Positions 54,084 to 63,482 of a stretch of 64,000 nucleotides of DNA are shown here, piece by piece. The notes beneath the pieces were generated by a model, which did no database searches, was not told the origin of the DNA, and was given only the letters and a program-made list of their open reading frames with translations. Origin of the DNA: Candidatus Kerfeldbacteria bacterium (lineage in GTDB: Bacteria; Patescibacteriota; Patescibacteriia; SBBC01; CAIJZX01). The stretch spans positions 663,478 to 727,477 of the forward strand of contig JACPSJ010000001.1 in assembly GCA_016193315.1 (NCBI GenBank), given 5' to 3'. The first letter of the stretch is position 1; every line of letters starts with the position of its first letter. The position numbers and the translations under genes are program-made.

Positions 54084-54980
54084 GTGCCACGCCGATTGGT
54101 TATCATCCTCGGTCCGACCGCCTCGGGAAAATCAAAACTAGGCCTCCAGCTCGCCAAGAAGTTTCAGGGGGTCGTCATTTCCGCTGACTCACGGCAGGTC
54201 TATCGTGGCTTGAACATCGGCACCGGAAAAATCAACCAGCCAGGCATGCGTGGTGTACCGCACTATCTGCTTGATGTCGCTTCACCGCGCCGCCAGTACT
54301 CGGTGGCCCGGTACGCCCGCGATGTCCGTCGGGTGTTGAACTCTATTGACCCAAACCGACCGGTGTTTCTTGTCGGCGGTTCGCCGTTTTACATCAAGGC
54401 CGTCACCGAGCCGCACAGCTTTTCACCGGTACCGCCGGATGCGGCACTGCGGCGGCGGTTGGCGGGTCTGACGACCGCGCGATTAATCGCGCGGCTACAA
54501 AAACTCGATCCGGAACGTGCCCGGCATATCGACCCCGCCAACCGCCGCCGCCTCATTCGGGCGGTTGAAATCGCCGGCGAGCGAAGGCAGTATTATTCAT
54601 TGCAGTTTCCGCCGATGCAGGTATTGAAGATCGGACTGGCTGTGCCGCGCCGGATGCTGTTCGGCCGCATCGATCGCCAGGTCAAGCGACGTCTGCGTGG
54701 CGGCATGATTAATGAAGTTCAACGGCTTCACCGCCGAGGCGTGCCGTGGTCACGTTTTCGAGCGTTTGGTCTTGAATATCGTCTGGTGGTTGACTATCTC
54801 CGCGGGAGATTGAGAAGAGAACGGTTGGGGCCAAAAATGAAATCCGCCACCCACGATTTTGCCCGGCGGCAAATGACGTGGTGGAAACGTGATTCAGGAA
54901 TTCACTGGGTTCGTCGACTGGACAAAGCGGAACGCCTGGTATCCAGATTCCTCAGGACCAGCGCCGGCGGTAGGACCTGA
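54084..54980 (+). CDS. miaA: tRNA dimethylallyltransferase
   Basis: P-loop ILGPTASGKS and SADSRQVYRGLNIGTGK. Confidence 0.9.
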   Translation: MPRRLVIILGPTASGKSKLGLQLAKKFQGVVISADSRQVYRGLNIGTGKINQPGMRGVPHYLLDVASPRRQYSVARYARDVRRVLNSIDPNRPVFLVGGSPFYIKAVTEPHSFSPVPPDAALRRRLAGLTTARLIARLQKLDPERARHIDPANRRRLIRAVEIAGERRQYYSLQFPPMQVLKIGLAVPRRMLFGRIDRQVKRRLRGGMINEVQRLHRRGVPWSRFRAFGLEYRLVVDYLRGRLRRERLGPKMKSATHDFARRQMTWWKRDSGIHWVRRLDKAERLVSRFLRTSAGGRT

Positions 54981-55098
54981 CCACCCCGTCTCCGCCGGTG
55001 GCGTAGCCACCCCTCCTCAAAGACCTCCCTGCCCGCTGCGCGGGCGCCCTCCTAAGTAAGGAGGGCTGACGAGGAGAGGACGAGATCGGCCGCCGGTG

Positions 55099-56586
55099 CT
55101 ACCCGCCTAGATGTTTTTTTAGTGCCTGCTGAACCAACTGGGGGTTTGCCTTACCTTTCGTTGCTTTCATCACCTGCCCCACCAGAAATTGCATCGCCGC
55201 GGCTTTTCCGTTTTTGACATCGGCCACGACCTTGGTGTTGGCGGCGATCACGTCCTTGACCGCGGTTTCAATGACCCGCGCATCGCTGACTTGTTCCAGC
55301 CCAAGTTCCTTCACTAACTGATGCGGACCCTTCTTCGTCAGTCGCATGTGTTCGTAAATTTCCGTCGCCGCCGGCAGGTTGACGTATTGACGATACACCA
55401 TCCACAGTAAGCGAGCGAGGTCGGGGGCCGGGACCGGTAATCCGTGTGCCGTGCGGTGTTCGACTGAGATCCTGTTCAACAGCCAATTAGCAATCAGTTT
55501 ACAAACCTTCGCTTTGTCGCTTTCCCAGCTACGAGCCGTCAATTCGACTCCTTGCTCAGCCTCGGCGTAGGCCCGGAATTCGCTGACCACTTCCTCAAAG
55601 TATTCGGACAGCAGTTTATCGCTCACCAGGCTGGCCGCATCCGCCGCGCTTAATTGATAGAGCCGCTGGAAACGATCTCGTCGTTGGGCCGGGAGTTCCG
55701 GTAAAGCGACTTGCAACTGAGCGAGTTTTTCATCCGTCGTCACCACCGGCGGGATATCCGGCTCGGGGAAATAACGATAGTCAGACGCTTCCTCTTTTAT
55801 CCGCTGTTCAACCGTCTTTCCCGCCACTTCATCCCACCCGTGAGTGGACGATGTTTTCGGCGGCTGCCCGTCTTCCCACAAACCGGTCAGCCGTTCGATT
55901 TCATATGCCAGCGCTCGCTCGACCGCCCGAAATGAATTCATGTTCTTTACTTCTGTCTTGGGGTAGAGCTTATCATCGCCTTTTGGCCGAAGAGATACGT
56001 TAGCGTCGCAACGCAGGTGGCCTTTCTCCATGTCGGCGTCGGAGACGCCCAGGTAGCGCATCATTAGCTTCAATTCCTGAAGAAAAGACTTGGCCTCGGC
56101 GGGCGTGCGGAAATCCGGTTCGGTGACGATTTCCAAGAGCGGCGTCCCAGCCCGGTTCAAGTCGATCAGCGAGTGACGGCCGTCGGTAGTGTGGAGTAAC
56201 TTGCCGGCGTCTTCTTCCAGGTGGATACGATGGATGCGAAACGTTTTGGTCTGGCCGTCGACCGGCATGGTCAGTGAACCGGCGTACCCGAATGGTTTGT
56301 CATACTGACTAATCTGGTACCCTTTTGGCAAATCCGGGTAGAAGTAGTTCTTGCGGTCGAACTTCGATTCTTGATTGATCTTGCAGCCGATAGCCAAGGC
56401 CACCATAATCGCCCAATTGATCGCTTGTTGGTTCGGTAACGGGAGCGTCCCCGGCTGAGCCGTGCAGATCGGGCAGATGGCTGTGTTCGGCGGTTGGTCG
56501 TCACGATTATCACAACGACAAAACATCTTCGATTTCGTCTTTAGCTGCACATGTACTTCGAGGCCGATGACTGCTTCGAGTTCCAT
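55099..56586 (-). CDS. gatB: Asp-tRNA(Asn)/Glu-tRNA(Gln) amidotransferase subunit B
   Basis: N-terminus MELEAVIGLEVHVQLKT, the CRCDN...CPIC motif, and a C-terminal YqeY-like domain. Confidence 0.9.
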   Translation of the reverse strand: MELEAVIGLEVHVQLKTKSKMFCRCDNRDDQPPNTAICPICTAQPGTLPLPNQQAINWAIMVALAIGCKINQESKFDRKNYFYPDLPKGYQISQYDKPFGYAGSLTMPVDGQTKTFRIHRIHLEEDAGKLLHTTDGRHSLIDLNRAGTPLLEIVTEPDFRTPAEAKSFLQELKLMMRYLGVSDADMEKGHLRCDANVSLRPKGDDKLYPKTEVKNMNSFRAVERALAYEIERLTGLWEDGQPPKTSSTHGWDEVAGKTVEQRIKEEASDYRYFPEPDIPPVVTTDEKLAQLQVALPELPAQRRDRFQRLYQLSAADAASLVSDKLLSEYFEEVVSEFRAYAEAEQGVELTARSWESDKAKVCKLIANWLLNRISVEHRTAHGLPVPAPDLARLLWMVYRQYVNLPAATEIYEHMRLTKKGPHQLVKELGLEQVSDARVIETAVKDVIAANTKVVADVKNGKAAAMQFLVGQVMKATKGKANPQLVQQALKKHLGG

Positions 56587-56654
56587 ACTTTACTTATTCT
56601 ATCAGTATTTGCCCGATGAAAAAAGGGTTGGTGTTGGCCAACCCGTTGCAGGTG

Positions 56655-56834
56655 TCAGGCAAAAGCGATCGATATCGACAGCCCCTGCCCAAAGAGCATG
56701 GCCACGGCTTGACTGCAGGTTTCGCAGTTGCACGTATAGGCGTGATCGACCGCCGTCTGCAGTTCGAGGCGCTCGATCACCGACGTCAGTTCGTGACGCC
56801 GGGCCACCAGTGCGGCTGCGCGTTGGCAATCCAT
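56655..56834 (-). CDS. 59-aa Cys-containing small protein between thyX and gatB
   Basis: Strong SD AGGGAGGGAGGAGG immediately upstream of the ATG. Contains CNCETC. Not in the ORF track. Confidence 0.4.
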   Translation of the reverse strand: MDCQRAAALVARRHELTSVIERLELQTAVDHAYTCNCETCSQAVAMLFGQGLSISIAFA

Positions 56835-56851
56835 GCCTCCTCCCTCCCTGG

Positions 56852-57664
56852 CTAGACCTTGACGTGCTCGGTGAAAACGACTTTCGTCCCGTCCGGCAGC
56901 TGACGAACCTCGTAGTCGCCGAACAGGTTCGGTGCTTCCTGGCGAAGAATCTCCAGTACCATCAAGGCCACCGTCCGAATCTCGACTTCGGCGTGTTCGC
57001 TGCCCCGCAGCTCAATGAAGTGCCGCCAGGCGCGAGCGTTACCAGTGACGAAGATCTTCGTCTCGGTGGCGTTCGGCAGAACCGACCGGGCGGCCTGGCG
57101 GGCCAGCTTCCTCCGCAGAGTGGCATCCGGGACATCTCGAAAGCGCTCTTGGAGACGAGCCACCAGCGCTCGATACGCTCGCCGCGCCGCTTCGACCGAT
57201 TGCACCCAGATTTCGTGGGTCTCCGGATCATCGGCGATCGCGTCCGGCTCGATGAACGGCGATTCGGATTCATCGACGTAGCGCTGTGACAGCTGCGAAT
57301 ACGAGAAGTGTCGGTGGCGAACCAGCTCATGCGTGAACGATCGCGAAACACCAGTGAACAGGAGCGACCAGACCGCGTGTTCGAGCACTGAGCCATGGCC
57401 GACGTTGATCAGGTGCCCGATGAACTCCCGGTTCGTCTTCCGCCCCTTGCCGTACGACATGTAGCAGGCCCGACCAGCCATTTCCACCAGCTGCTCGGCA
57501 GGGATCCGCGTGTCCGTTTTCCAGATCACTCCATGATCGCTCAGAAAAGTGGCAACCGTGGGTGCGTCAACCACCTGCCGACCAACGAGATACACCCGTG
57601 GACCACGAATGATGGTCAGTGGTTGCTCAACTACCGCTTCAGCCATATGTCCGTCGCCGCTCAT
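56852..57664 (-). CDS. thyX: Flavin-dependent thymidylate synthase
   Basis: ThyX signature RHRHFSYSQLSQRY and ~250-aa length. Confidence 0.9.
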   Translation of the reverse strand: MSGDGHMAEAVVEQPLTIIRGPRVYLVGRQVVDAPTVATFLSDHGVIWKTDTRIPAEQLVEMAGRACYMSYGKGRKTNREFIGHLINVGHGSVLEHAVWSLLFTGVSRSFTHELVRHRHFSYSQLSQRYVDESESPFIEPDAIADDPETHEIWVQSVEAARRAYRALVARLQERFRDVPDATLRRKLARQAARSVLPNATETKIFVTGNARAWRHFIELRGSEHAEVEIRTVALMVLEILRQEAPNLFGDYEVRQLPDGTKVVFTEHVKV

Positions 57665-57809
57665 GGGCGCTCCTTTCTTGTGCCGTGTACTTTTCTGAGC
57701 TGAATCAGCTCACGATAGACTTGAAGGTGCGGCTCTTGCCTGGACCCACCCTAGCAAAAAGCCGAGCCCGGCGTCAATGGCTGGGTAAGGACGGCACAAA
57801 AAACCCTCG

Positions 57810-58544
57810 TTATGAACGAGGGGGATCAGCTGGGGACGCGAGTTCACGACGACCGCGATCGTATTCTTCGGCCATGGCCGCGAAGATCTGTTGCAGCTGC
57901 GGTGACATGGTGTCAGGGCAACGATAGCAGTTCGAACAGCGAGGTTCGTAGCGCAAGCGCTTCCGGGCCTGCTGTTCGGGGGTGTCGGCCAAGAAACGAG
58001 CGTCGTCCGCCGGCGCCGGCAGGTCGAAGTACAGCCGCTGCGGGAAAGGAGCCGGCATCCGTTTGCACACCGCGCATGAGGTATCGCGCGGATACGGATG
58101 GCTGGTGATCCCGAGCAGAAAGGCGACCAGTTCGAACGGCTGGGCCCGGAAATCCATGGGCAAACCCGACCAATAGGTGTGCCGGCCGAGACGTCTGAGA
58201 TCAAGGAACAGCTGCTTAGCTGCGGCCTCCATACCTGCGTCCCTGCCCAGGAAATGGACCTCTTCGAGGAAAAGGTGCTGGGCCGTTGAAGCCTCGACGA
58301 TCGGCATGATCTGTGCTGGGTGATCGACTGGAATCACGCCATCGTAGAAAGCGCCGGTTCTCGATTCGACCCGGTCTGGCGCGCAACGAGCTGCCTCCCG
58401 CGGCTGGAAAAACAACACTCCCTCGGTCTGGCGAAACGGCACTTTGGCCAAACCGATGAGGACGGTCGTTTTGTCCGTACACATGTTGCCGTGTACCCCG
58501 TGAACCTCTCCCAAGGGTACCGCGATACTCTGGATTGCACCCAA
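57810..58544 (-). CDS. tdk: Thymidine kinase with non-canonical Walker A (DKTT instead of GK[ST]T)
   Basis: C-terminal zinc ribbon CAVCKR...CSNCYRC and the TK core. The N-terminal P-loop region reads GNMCTDKTTVLI. Confidence 0.6.
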   Translation of the reverse strand: MGAIQSIAVPLGEVHGVHGNMCTDKTTVLIGLAKVPFRQTEGVLFFQPREAARCAPDRVESRTGAFYDGVIPVDHPAQIMPIVEASTAQHLFLEEVHFLGRDAGMEAAAKQLFLDLRRLGRHTYWSGLPMDFRAQPFELVAFLLGITSHPYPRDTSCAVCKRMPAPFPQRLYFDLPAPADDARFLADTPEQQARKRLRYEPRCSNCYRCPDTMSPQLQQIFAAMAEEYDRGRRELASPADPPRS

Positions 58545-58709
58545 AATTGCACCTCCTGAGGTGATGGGCTAGAAAGGGCTTCGGAATTTCGGAATGAGTC
58601 GTGCTCATGCTACGACGAAACTACTAGTTCGTCAACTGCGCTCCCGGAACAAAAAAGATCAGCGCCGCTAATGCGAGGAGTGTCGGAAAACTCCAAATCC
58701 CGTTACCGC

Positions 58710-59402
58710 CTACCGCAACCGCCGCTCCACCACGGCCATCACTAGCTTGTGAACGTATTCCTTCGGCAGAAGATGTCCATCCGGCGCGCAGTTGATAATC
58801 TTCATGCTGCGGTCGAACAAGGATAGTTCGGCGTAGACCTTGGCCACCTGGTTTTGGTACCGGACATCGCGCTCATGGATATCCCGTTTCCAGTGCCGGA
58901 GATAGGCGCGTTGACGCTTCTGCCGGATGAGTTGCTGACTGACAGCCGGCGGTACGTACAGCACGAGGGTGCAATCCGGTCGCGGGATGCCGAGCAGGTC
59001 AAATTCAAATTCCTCATCCCACATCCAATAGCGTTTCCGCGCCTGCCAATTGCTGATTTTTGAACCCTGGAAAGCCAAATTCGAAGCGATGTAGCGATCA
59101 GCGATAACGACGTTACCGGCCCTTAGCCAGTTCATGATTTTTGATCGGGCAGTAACGCGGTCAATGGCATAAAAAATGGAGGCCCGATACGGCCCCAGTT
59201 CTTTCAATGACCCGTATTCGCCGCGCAGGTAGGCAGCAATTGGTGCGGCTGAATGTTTACCGTACTGTGGGAAAGCAATGGTCCGAACGTTCCGACCTTG
59301 AGACGCAATGCGGCGGGCCAGCAGTCTGACCTGGGTGGCCTTACCCGCTCCGTCAGTGCCCTCAATAGCGATGAAGACTCCCCGTCGTTTTTGGGACATC
59401 AT
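58710..59402 (-). CDS. tmk: Thymidylate (dTMP) kinase
   Basis: P-loop FIAIEGTDGAGKAT, DRYIASNLAFQG region. C-terminal extension. Confidence 0.8.
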   Translation of the reverse strand: MMSQKRRGVFIAIEGTDGAGKATQVRLLARRIASQGRNVRTIAFPQYGKHSAAPIAAYLRGEYGSLKELGPYRASIFYAIDRVTARSKIMNWLRAGNVVIADRYIASNLAFQGSKISNWQARKRYWMWDEEFEFDLLGIPRPDCTLVLYVPPAVSQQLIRQKRQRAYLRHWKRDIHERDVRYQNQVAKVYAELSLFDRSMKIINCAPDGHLLPKEYVHKLVMAVVERRLR

Positions 59403-59440
59403 GAAGAGTTAGAGCCGCTACACGGCGAGCTGGCTCTCAG

Positions 59441-60151
59441 CTAGCTGAGAGCCAGCCGAATCCCTGGGCCCATGGCCGTGGTCAAGGTGATTGATTTCAG
59501 AAAACTCCCCTTGGCTTCAGCGGGTCGGGCCCGCTTAACAGCTTCGACCAACACCGTCACGTTTTCCCCCAGTTGCTGATCAGAAAACGACGTCTTGCCT
59601 ACCAGGGCGTGTACGTTCCCCGTGTCGTCGTTCCGAAACGTCAGTTTTCCTTGGCGCCAGGCGGCTATCGCGGCGGCCGGATCTTTAACGATGGTCTCAT
59701 TCTTTGGATTCGGCATCAGGCCCCTGGTACCAAGGGCTTTCGCGATCGGGGCCAACAACTTCATCATCTCTGGTGTGGCGAGGACGACGTCAGCTTCGAG
59801 ACGCTCAGTATTCTTGACTTCGGCGATGAGCGCTTCATCCCCGACGAGGTCGGCGCCGGCCGCCTGAGCGGCCTTGGCTGATGCGCCCTTGGCAAAAACG
59901 ACAATTTTCAGGACGCGACCAGTGCCGTGCGGGAGGACGACCGTGCCCTTGACGGCCTGCTCGGATTTCTTCGGGTCGATGCCGAGCCGAAAATGGAGCT
60001 CCACGCTGCCGTCGAACTTGGTGGTCGCTGTTTGCTTGGTTAAGGCGACGGCTTCGGACAGCGGGTACTGTTTACTGCGATCCACTAGCCCCACGGCTGC
60101 TCGGTACCGCTTACTTCGGTATGACATGATTACATCTCCTTCGTGGTTCAA
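59441..60151 (-). CDS. rplA: 50S ribosomal protein L1
   Basis: L1 family sequence (KFDGSVELHFRLGIDPKKSEQAVKGTVVLPHG). Confidence 0.9.
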   Translation of the reverse strand: MNHEGDVIMSYRSKRYRAAVGLVDRSKQYPLSEAVALTKQTATTKFDGSVELHFRLGIDPKKSEQAVKGTVVLPHGTGRVLKIVVFAKGASAKAAQAAGADLVGDEALIAEVKNTERLEADVVLATPEMMKLLAPIAKALGTRGLMPNPKNETIVKDPAAAIAAWRQGKLTFRNDDTGNVHALVGKTSFSDQQLGENVTVLVEAVKRARPAEAKGSFLKSITLTTAMGPGIRLALS

Positions 60152-60201
60152 GCCCCAGCACCATTCGCACCGCGATTAGTGCTGGGTCCCACGGAGTCAG
60201 T

Positions 60202-61161
60202 TTATGATACGGCGGGCGTCGGCGCGGCCGGCGGTTTTGATTCTTGCGATTCGCGGCGGATGCGCGCAAAGTGGGCCCAGAACAGCGGCAGGCCGACCAG
60301 CAACAGCGGCAGCTGAGTCGACAAATCGCTGTGAATCTGAACGGTCTTGTTGTTGGTCCGTTCCTCAAAAGTCTTTTGATCCGATTGCCACTGCCTGACC
60401 AGCCGGACCTCATCCGCAGAGAATCCACACTTGGACGCACAGTTCACTATGCTCTCTGTGCCGCGGTCCGACTCGCTGGCCACTGGTCTAGTCACGCCGC
60501 CATAAGGATCTTCCGCCCGCAAGACTACGCGGAGCACAGTGTTGATTATCCACCCGGCGGCAAAGACAACCATTAGCAGGCCGCTAAAGGCCACAAAGTA
60601 GTAATACAACGAGCGGAGGGGGGCAGGTTTCTTCAGTTGGTCCAGTTCGCGCTTCCCACCCCGTTCCATCAGCCGGGCGAACACCAGATACAGCGGCAAA
60701 CCGACGATCAAAAACGACAACGGACCAACCAGGTCATTCCGGAATTGCTGGTTTGATTGCTGCCGATTGTCGCGCCACTGTTTGTACTGATCTTTCCAAC
60801 TGGCGAACTGAGCCTTGTCATCAGCCGTAAACTGGCACTTCTCCTTACAAGTGTAAGCGACTGCCTGTGCTTCTTTCATCGGCGCACCTGGCAGGTACAG
60901 CGCTGGCGGCGGTTCACCAAACCGACCATACGGCGATCGGGCTTGGGTGAAAATCGTCTGCCGAAAAGTGGTCGAGAGAATAGCCACTAGCGAGCCAACC
61001 GTAATAGCCAGCATGACCAGCGAGACGACGGTGAAAAAGGCTTGTTTAAATCCACCAGCGTGCTCCATCTTGCTCTGCTGCATGACCGCCACGATGAATA
61101 GCACCACCACCCCGATCCCGACTAACGGGATGAGGATACCGAGAAAGGCGAGACTCTCCAT
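60202..61161 (-). CDS. Internally duplicated 4-TM membrane protein (two C-x2-KC-x-F-[ST]-AD ... LVGLPL repeats) inserted between rplK and rplA
   Basis: Two ~150-aa halves align: TCKEKCQFTADDKAQFASWKDQ...LIVGLPLYLVFARL vs NCASKCGFSADEVRLVRQWQSDQ...LLVGLPLFWAHFARI. Confidence 0.5.
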   Translation of the reverse strand: MESLAFLGILIPLVGIGVVVLFIVAVMQQSKMEHAGGFKQAFFTVVSLVMLAITVGSLVAILSTTFRQTIFTQARSPYGRFGEPPPALYLPGAPMKEAQAVAYTCKEKCQFTADDKAQFASWKDQYKQWRDNRQQSNQQFRNDLVGPLSFLIVGLPLYLVFARLMERGGKRELDQLKKPAPLRSLYYYFVAFSGLLMVVFAAGWIINTVLRVVLRAEDPYGGVTRPVASESDRGTESIVNCASKCGFSADEVRLVRQWQSDQKTFEERTNNKTVQIHSDLSTQLPLLLVGLPLFWAHFARIRRESQESKPPAAPTPAVS

Positions 61162-61185
61162 AGTCGTGTCGTTAGTGAATCGGTA

Positions 61186-61611
61186 TTATTCTTCGACTGT
61201 GATGCCCATATTGCGAGCCGTACCCTCGACAATTCGCATCGCCCCGGCGATATCCTTGGCGTTGAGATCGGGCATCTTTTTCTCAGCGATGGCTTTGACT
61301 TGGGCCTTGGTCACTGATCCAACCTTTGTCCGTAACGGGTCGCCGCTGCCCTTCTCAACCTTGGCTGCTTTCTTTAGGAGTTCAGCGGCCGGCGGCGTCT
61401 TGAGGATAAACGCATAGGTCCGATCCTCGTAGACGGTCATCTCCACCGGCGTCACCTCGCCCATCCGATCCTTCGTTTGGTCATTAAACTTCTTCACGAA
61501 TTCGCCGATGTTCAGTCCGTGTGGCCCCAAGGCTGTCCCTACTGGCGGCGCGGGCGTGGCTTTGCCGCCGGGGATTTGGAGCTTGATGATGGTCCTAATC
61601 TTTTTTGGCAT
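61186..61611 (-). CDS. rplK: 50S ribosomal protein L11
   Basis: [29 protein letters not shown]. Confidence 0.9.
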   Translation of the reverse strand: MPKKIRTIIKLQIPGGKATPAPPVGTALGPHGLNIGEFVKKFNDQTKDRMGEVTPVEMTVYEDRTYAFILKTPPAAELLKKAAKVEKGSGDPLRTKVGSVTKAQVKAIAEKKMPDLNAKDIAGAMRIVEGTARNMGITVEE

Positions 61612-61635
61612 AAGTAGTGCTGTAGCATCCCCTCA

Positions 61636-61672
61636 CCCTACGCCCCTCTCCCCTTTCCAAGGGGAGAGGGGC
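61636..61672 (-). promoter_or_regulatory. Perfect 12-bp GC-rich hairpin in the nusG-rplK intergenic region (possible L11-operon leader/attenuator structure)
   Basis: gcccctctcccc tttccaa ggggagaggggc. No U-tract follows on the minus strand. Confidence 0.35.
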
Positions 61673-61694
61673 GGGAGTGGGGTGAATAACGTTG

Positions 61695-62240
61695 TTACAA
61701 TTTCTTCACCTGTAGGAAGTCTAACTCAACCGGCGTCTCTCGTCCAAACATCGACACCAGCACTTTGACTTTCCCGCGGCCTTCATCGACCTCGGACACC
61801 TTGCCCTCAAACTCTTTGAACGGCCCGTCAATAATCCGGACCGGTGTCCCGGCTTCGACGTCGATCTTGTACTTCGGTTCGGCCACCCCCATCCGCTGCA
61901 TCAGGCCCTTGACTTCGTCCTCGGAAATGGGTGTGGGTGTCGTGCCGGAACCGACGAAGCCGGTCACATTCGGCGTGTTGCGGACCACGTACCATGAGTC
62001 ATCGGTGACGATCATTTCGACTAGGACGTAGCCGGGGAAAATCTTCTCTGTTACGATCCGTCGTTTGCCGTTCTTGATCTTGATTCGGTTCTCGGTCGGG
62101 ATGAGGACGTTAAAAATCTTGTCTTCCATGTCCATCGATTCGATGCGCTGGCGCAGGTTGCGAGCCACGTTTTCTTCGTACCCGGAGTAGGTGTGAAGAA
62201 CGTACCACCGCTTACCTTGTTGGAGTATTTGTTTCGGCAC
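61695..62240 (-). CDS. nusG: Transcription termination/antitermination factor NusG
   Basis: NGN domain (KRWYVLHTYSGYE) and C-terminal KOW (GTPVRIIDGPFKEFEGKV). Confidence 0.9.
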   Translation of the reverse strand: MPKQILQQGKRWYVLHTYSGYEENVARNLRQRIESMDMEDKIFNVLIPTENRIKIKNGKRRIVTEKIFPGYVLVEMIVTDDSWYVVRNTPNVTGFVGSGTTPTPISEDEVKGLMQRMGVAEPKYKIDVEAGTPVRIIDGPFKEFEGKVSEVDEGRGKVKVLVSMFGRETPVELDFLQVKKL

Positions 62241-62243
62241 GGG

Positions 62244-62432
62244 CTAACGGATGATGAATTTTTCGAGCAGGTAATTGAGACCGAGGTCAATCAAGCCGAG
62301 AAAAATCGCCACCGCCACACTAATGCCAATCACCAGCACGGTATTACTCCGCGTCTCTTTGGTCGACGGCCAGACTACTTTCTTTAGTTCATCGCGCGAC
62401 TCGCGGAAGTAGGAAGTGAGGCGAAAAGCCAT
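62244..62432 (-). CDS. secE: Preprotein translocase subunit SecE
   Basis: 62-aa protein with ELKKVVWPSKKE-type N-terminus and a single TM helix. Confidence 0.8.
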   Translation of the reverse strand: MAFRLTSYFRESRDELKKVVWPSTKETRSNTVLVIGISVAVAIFLGLIDLGLNYLLEKFIIR

Positions 62433-62636
62433 GGCATCAGTATCCTAAAAAGCCCCGTGGGGCTTGATGAAACTAGTCTAACTGGCCTGGCCGCGAATGT
62501 CAAGCAGTGCCCGGCCTTGACCCCGCTTACCGGTCGTGGTATGTCTTGGCGGTCGATCCGGATGGATCGGCGTCCTAAACCAGGACAGCGTCGTTCCTGC
62601 GCCTTCAGGAACAGCCCTTTTTACCGGAGGTGCCGG

Positions 62637-63296
62637 ATGGCGCCCAAACCTACAGCACCGGCTGTCCGCCCGCTTGACCACGCCCTGATACCGGTCATCA
62701 ACGGCCCCCGCGACGTTAGCTGTGGGCTGCAGCTCCTCGACGGCGAGTACCGACGATATCATGAATTCACGCTCGTCGGCCTTGAGGACGCGGTCAATCT
62801 CACCGTCCAGGCAGTCATTTCTGGTGTTCGCTATGCATGCCCGACACCGCAGTGGGCGGGCGAGCAATGCCTGTGGGACATGGTTGGGTTCGGTACAGCA
62901 CGAATGAACCACGGTCTCGGCACCATTCGGCTTCCGACCATCGAAATCCGCGGCTTCCGCGTTCGCGGGTCGCGTCTCGGCTGGGCGCGGTTCACGACCG
63001 TCGGGTCGGACTCGCCGCTCGTGCCGCTCCGGAGCTGGTCCTTCGACCCGGTGCGTTCAATCCCGGACCAGATCCGTCGGTCGGAATCCGTAACCGTGGA
63101 CGTCTTCGACCCGACCACAAACCAGATCGCTCCGGCCCGGCTTCAGTACATCCGCGTCGACTGGACGCCGAAAGATTTCTTCACCTTCCGCAGCTTCTTG
63201 GTTCTCCAGAACGATGAGACCATCGCCGTGCTCGGCAACCTCAGCACCCGCGACTTGACCGGCTACCTGATCGAAATGCCGGCTCAGAAGTCGTAA
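62637..63296 (+). CDS. Hypothetical protein
   Basis: Start set at ATG 62637, preceded by GGAGGTG. No recognisable motif. Confidence 0.35.
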   Translation: MAPKPTAPAVRPLDHALIPVINGPRDVSCGLQLLDGEYRRYHEFTLVGLEDAVNLTVQAVISGVRYACPTPQWAGEQCLWDMVGFGTARMNHGLGTIRLPTIEIRGFRVRGSRLGWARFTTVGSDSPLVPLRSWSFDPVRSIPDQIRRSESVTVDVFDPTTNQIAPARLQYIRVDWTPKDFFTFRSFLVLQNDETIAVLGNLSTRDLTGYLIEMPAQKS

Positions 63297-63482
63297 CCTT
63301 GTGCTCCCCATCCTCGCTCCCGCTCGCCCCGCGAGCGGTTTTCTTAATCCTGTCCAATCCGACGCGCCGCGATCATGTTTGAGTGAAGCCCCGCCCATTG
63401 GCGGGGCGAGCGAGTTATCGCGGCGCTTGATTCTTTTCGGTTCCTTTTCTGATCAAGCAGAAAAGGAACGGCACCGAAAATC

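Noticed and set aside
57810-58544. Calling the tdk gene a pseudogene because of the DKTT P-loop.
   Set aside because: The reading frame is intact through the C-terminal zinc ribbon, and one substitution is insufficient evidence. It is reported as a CDS with an atypical motif.
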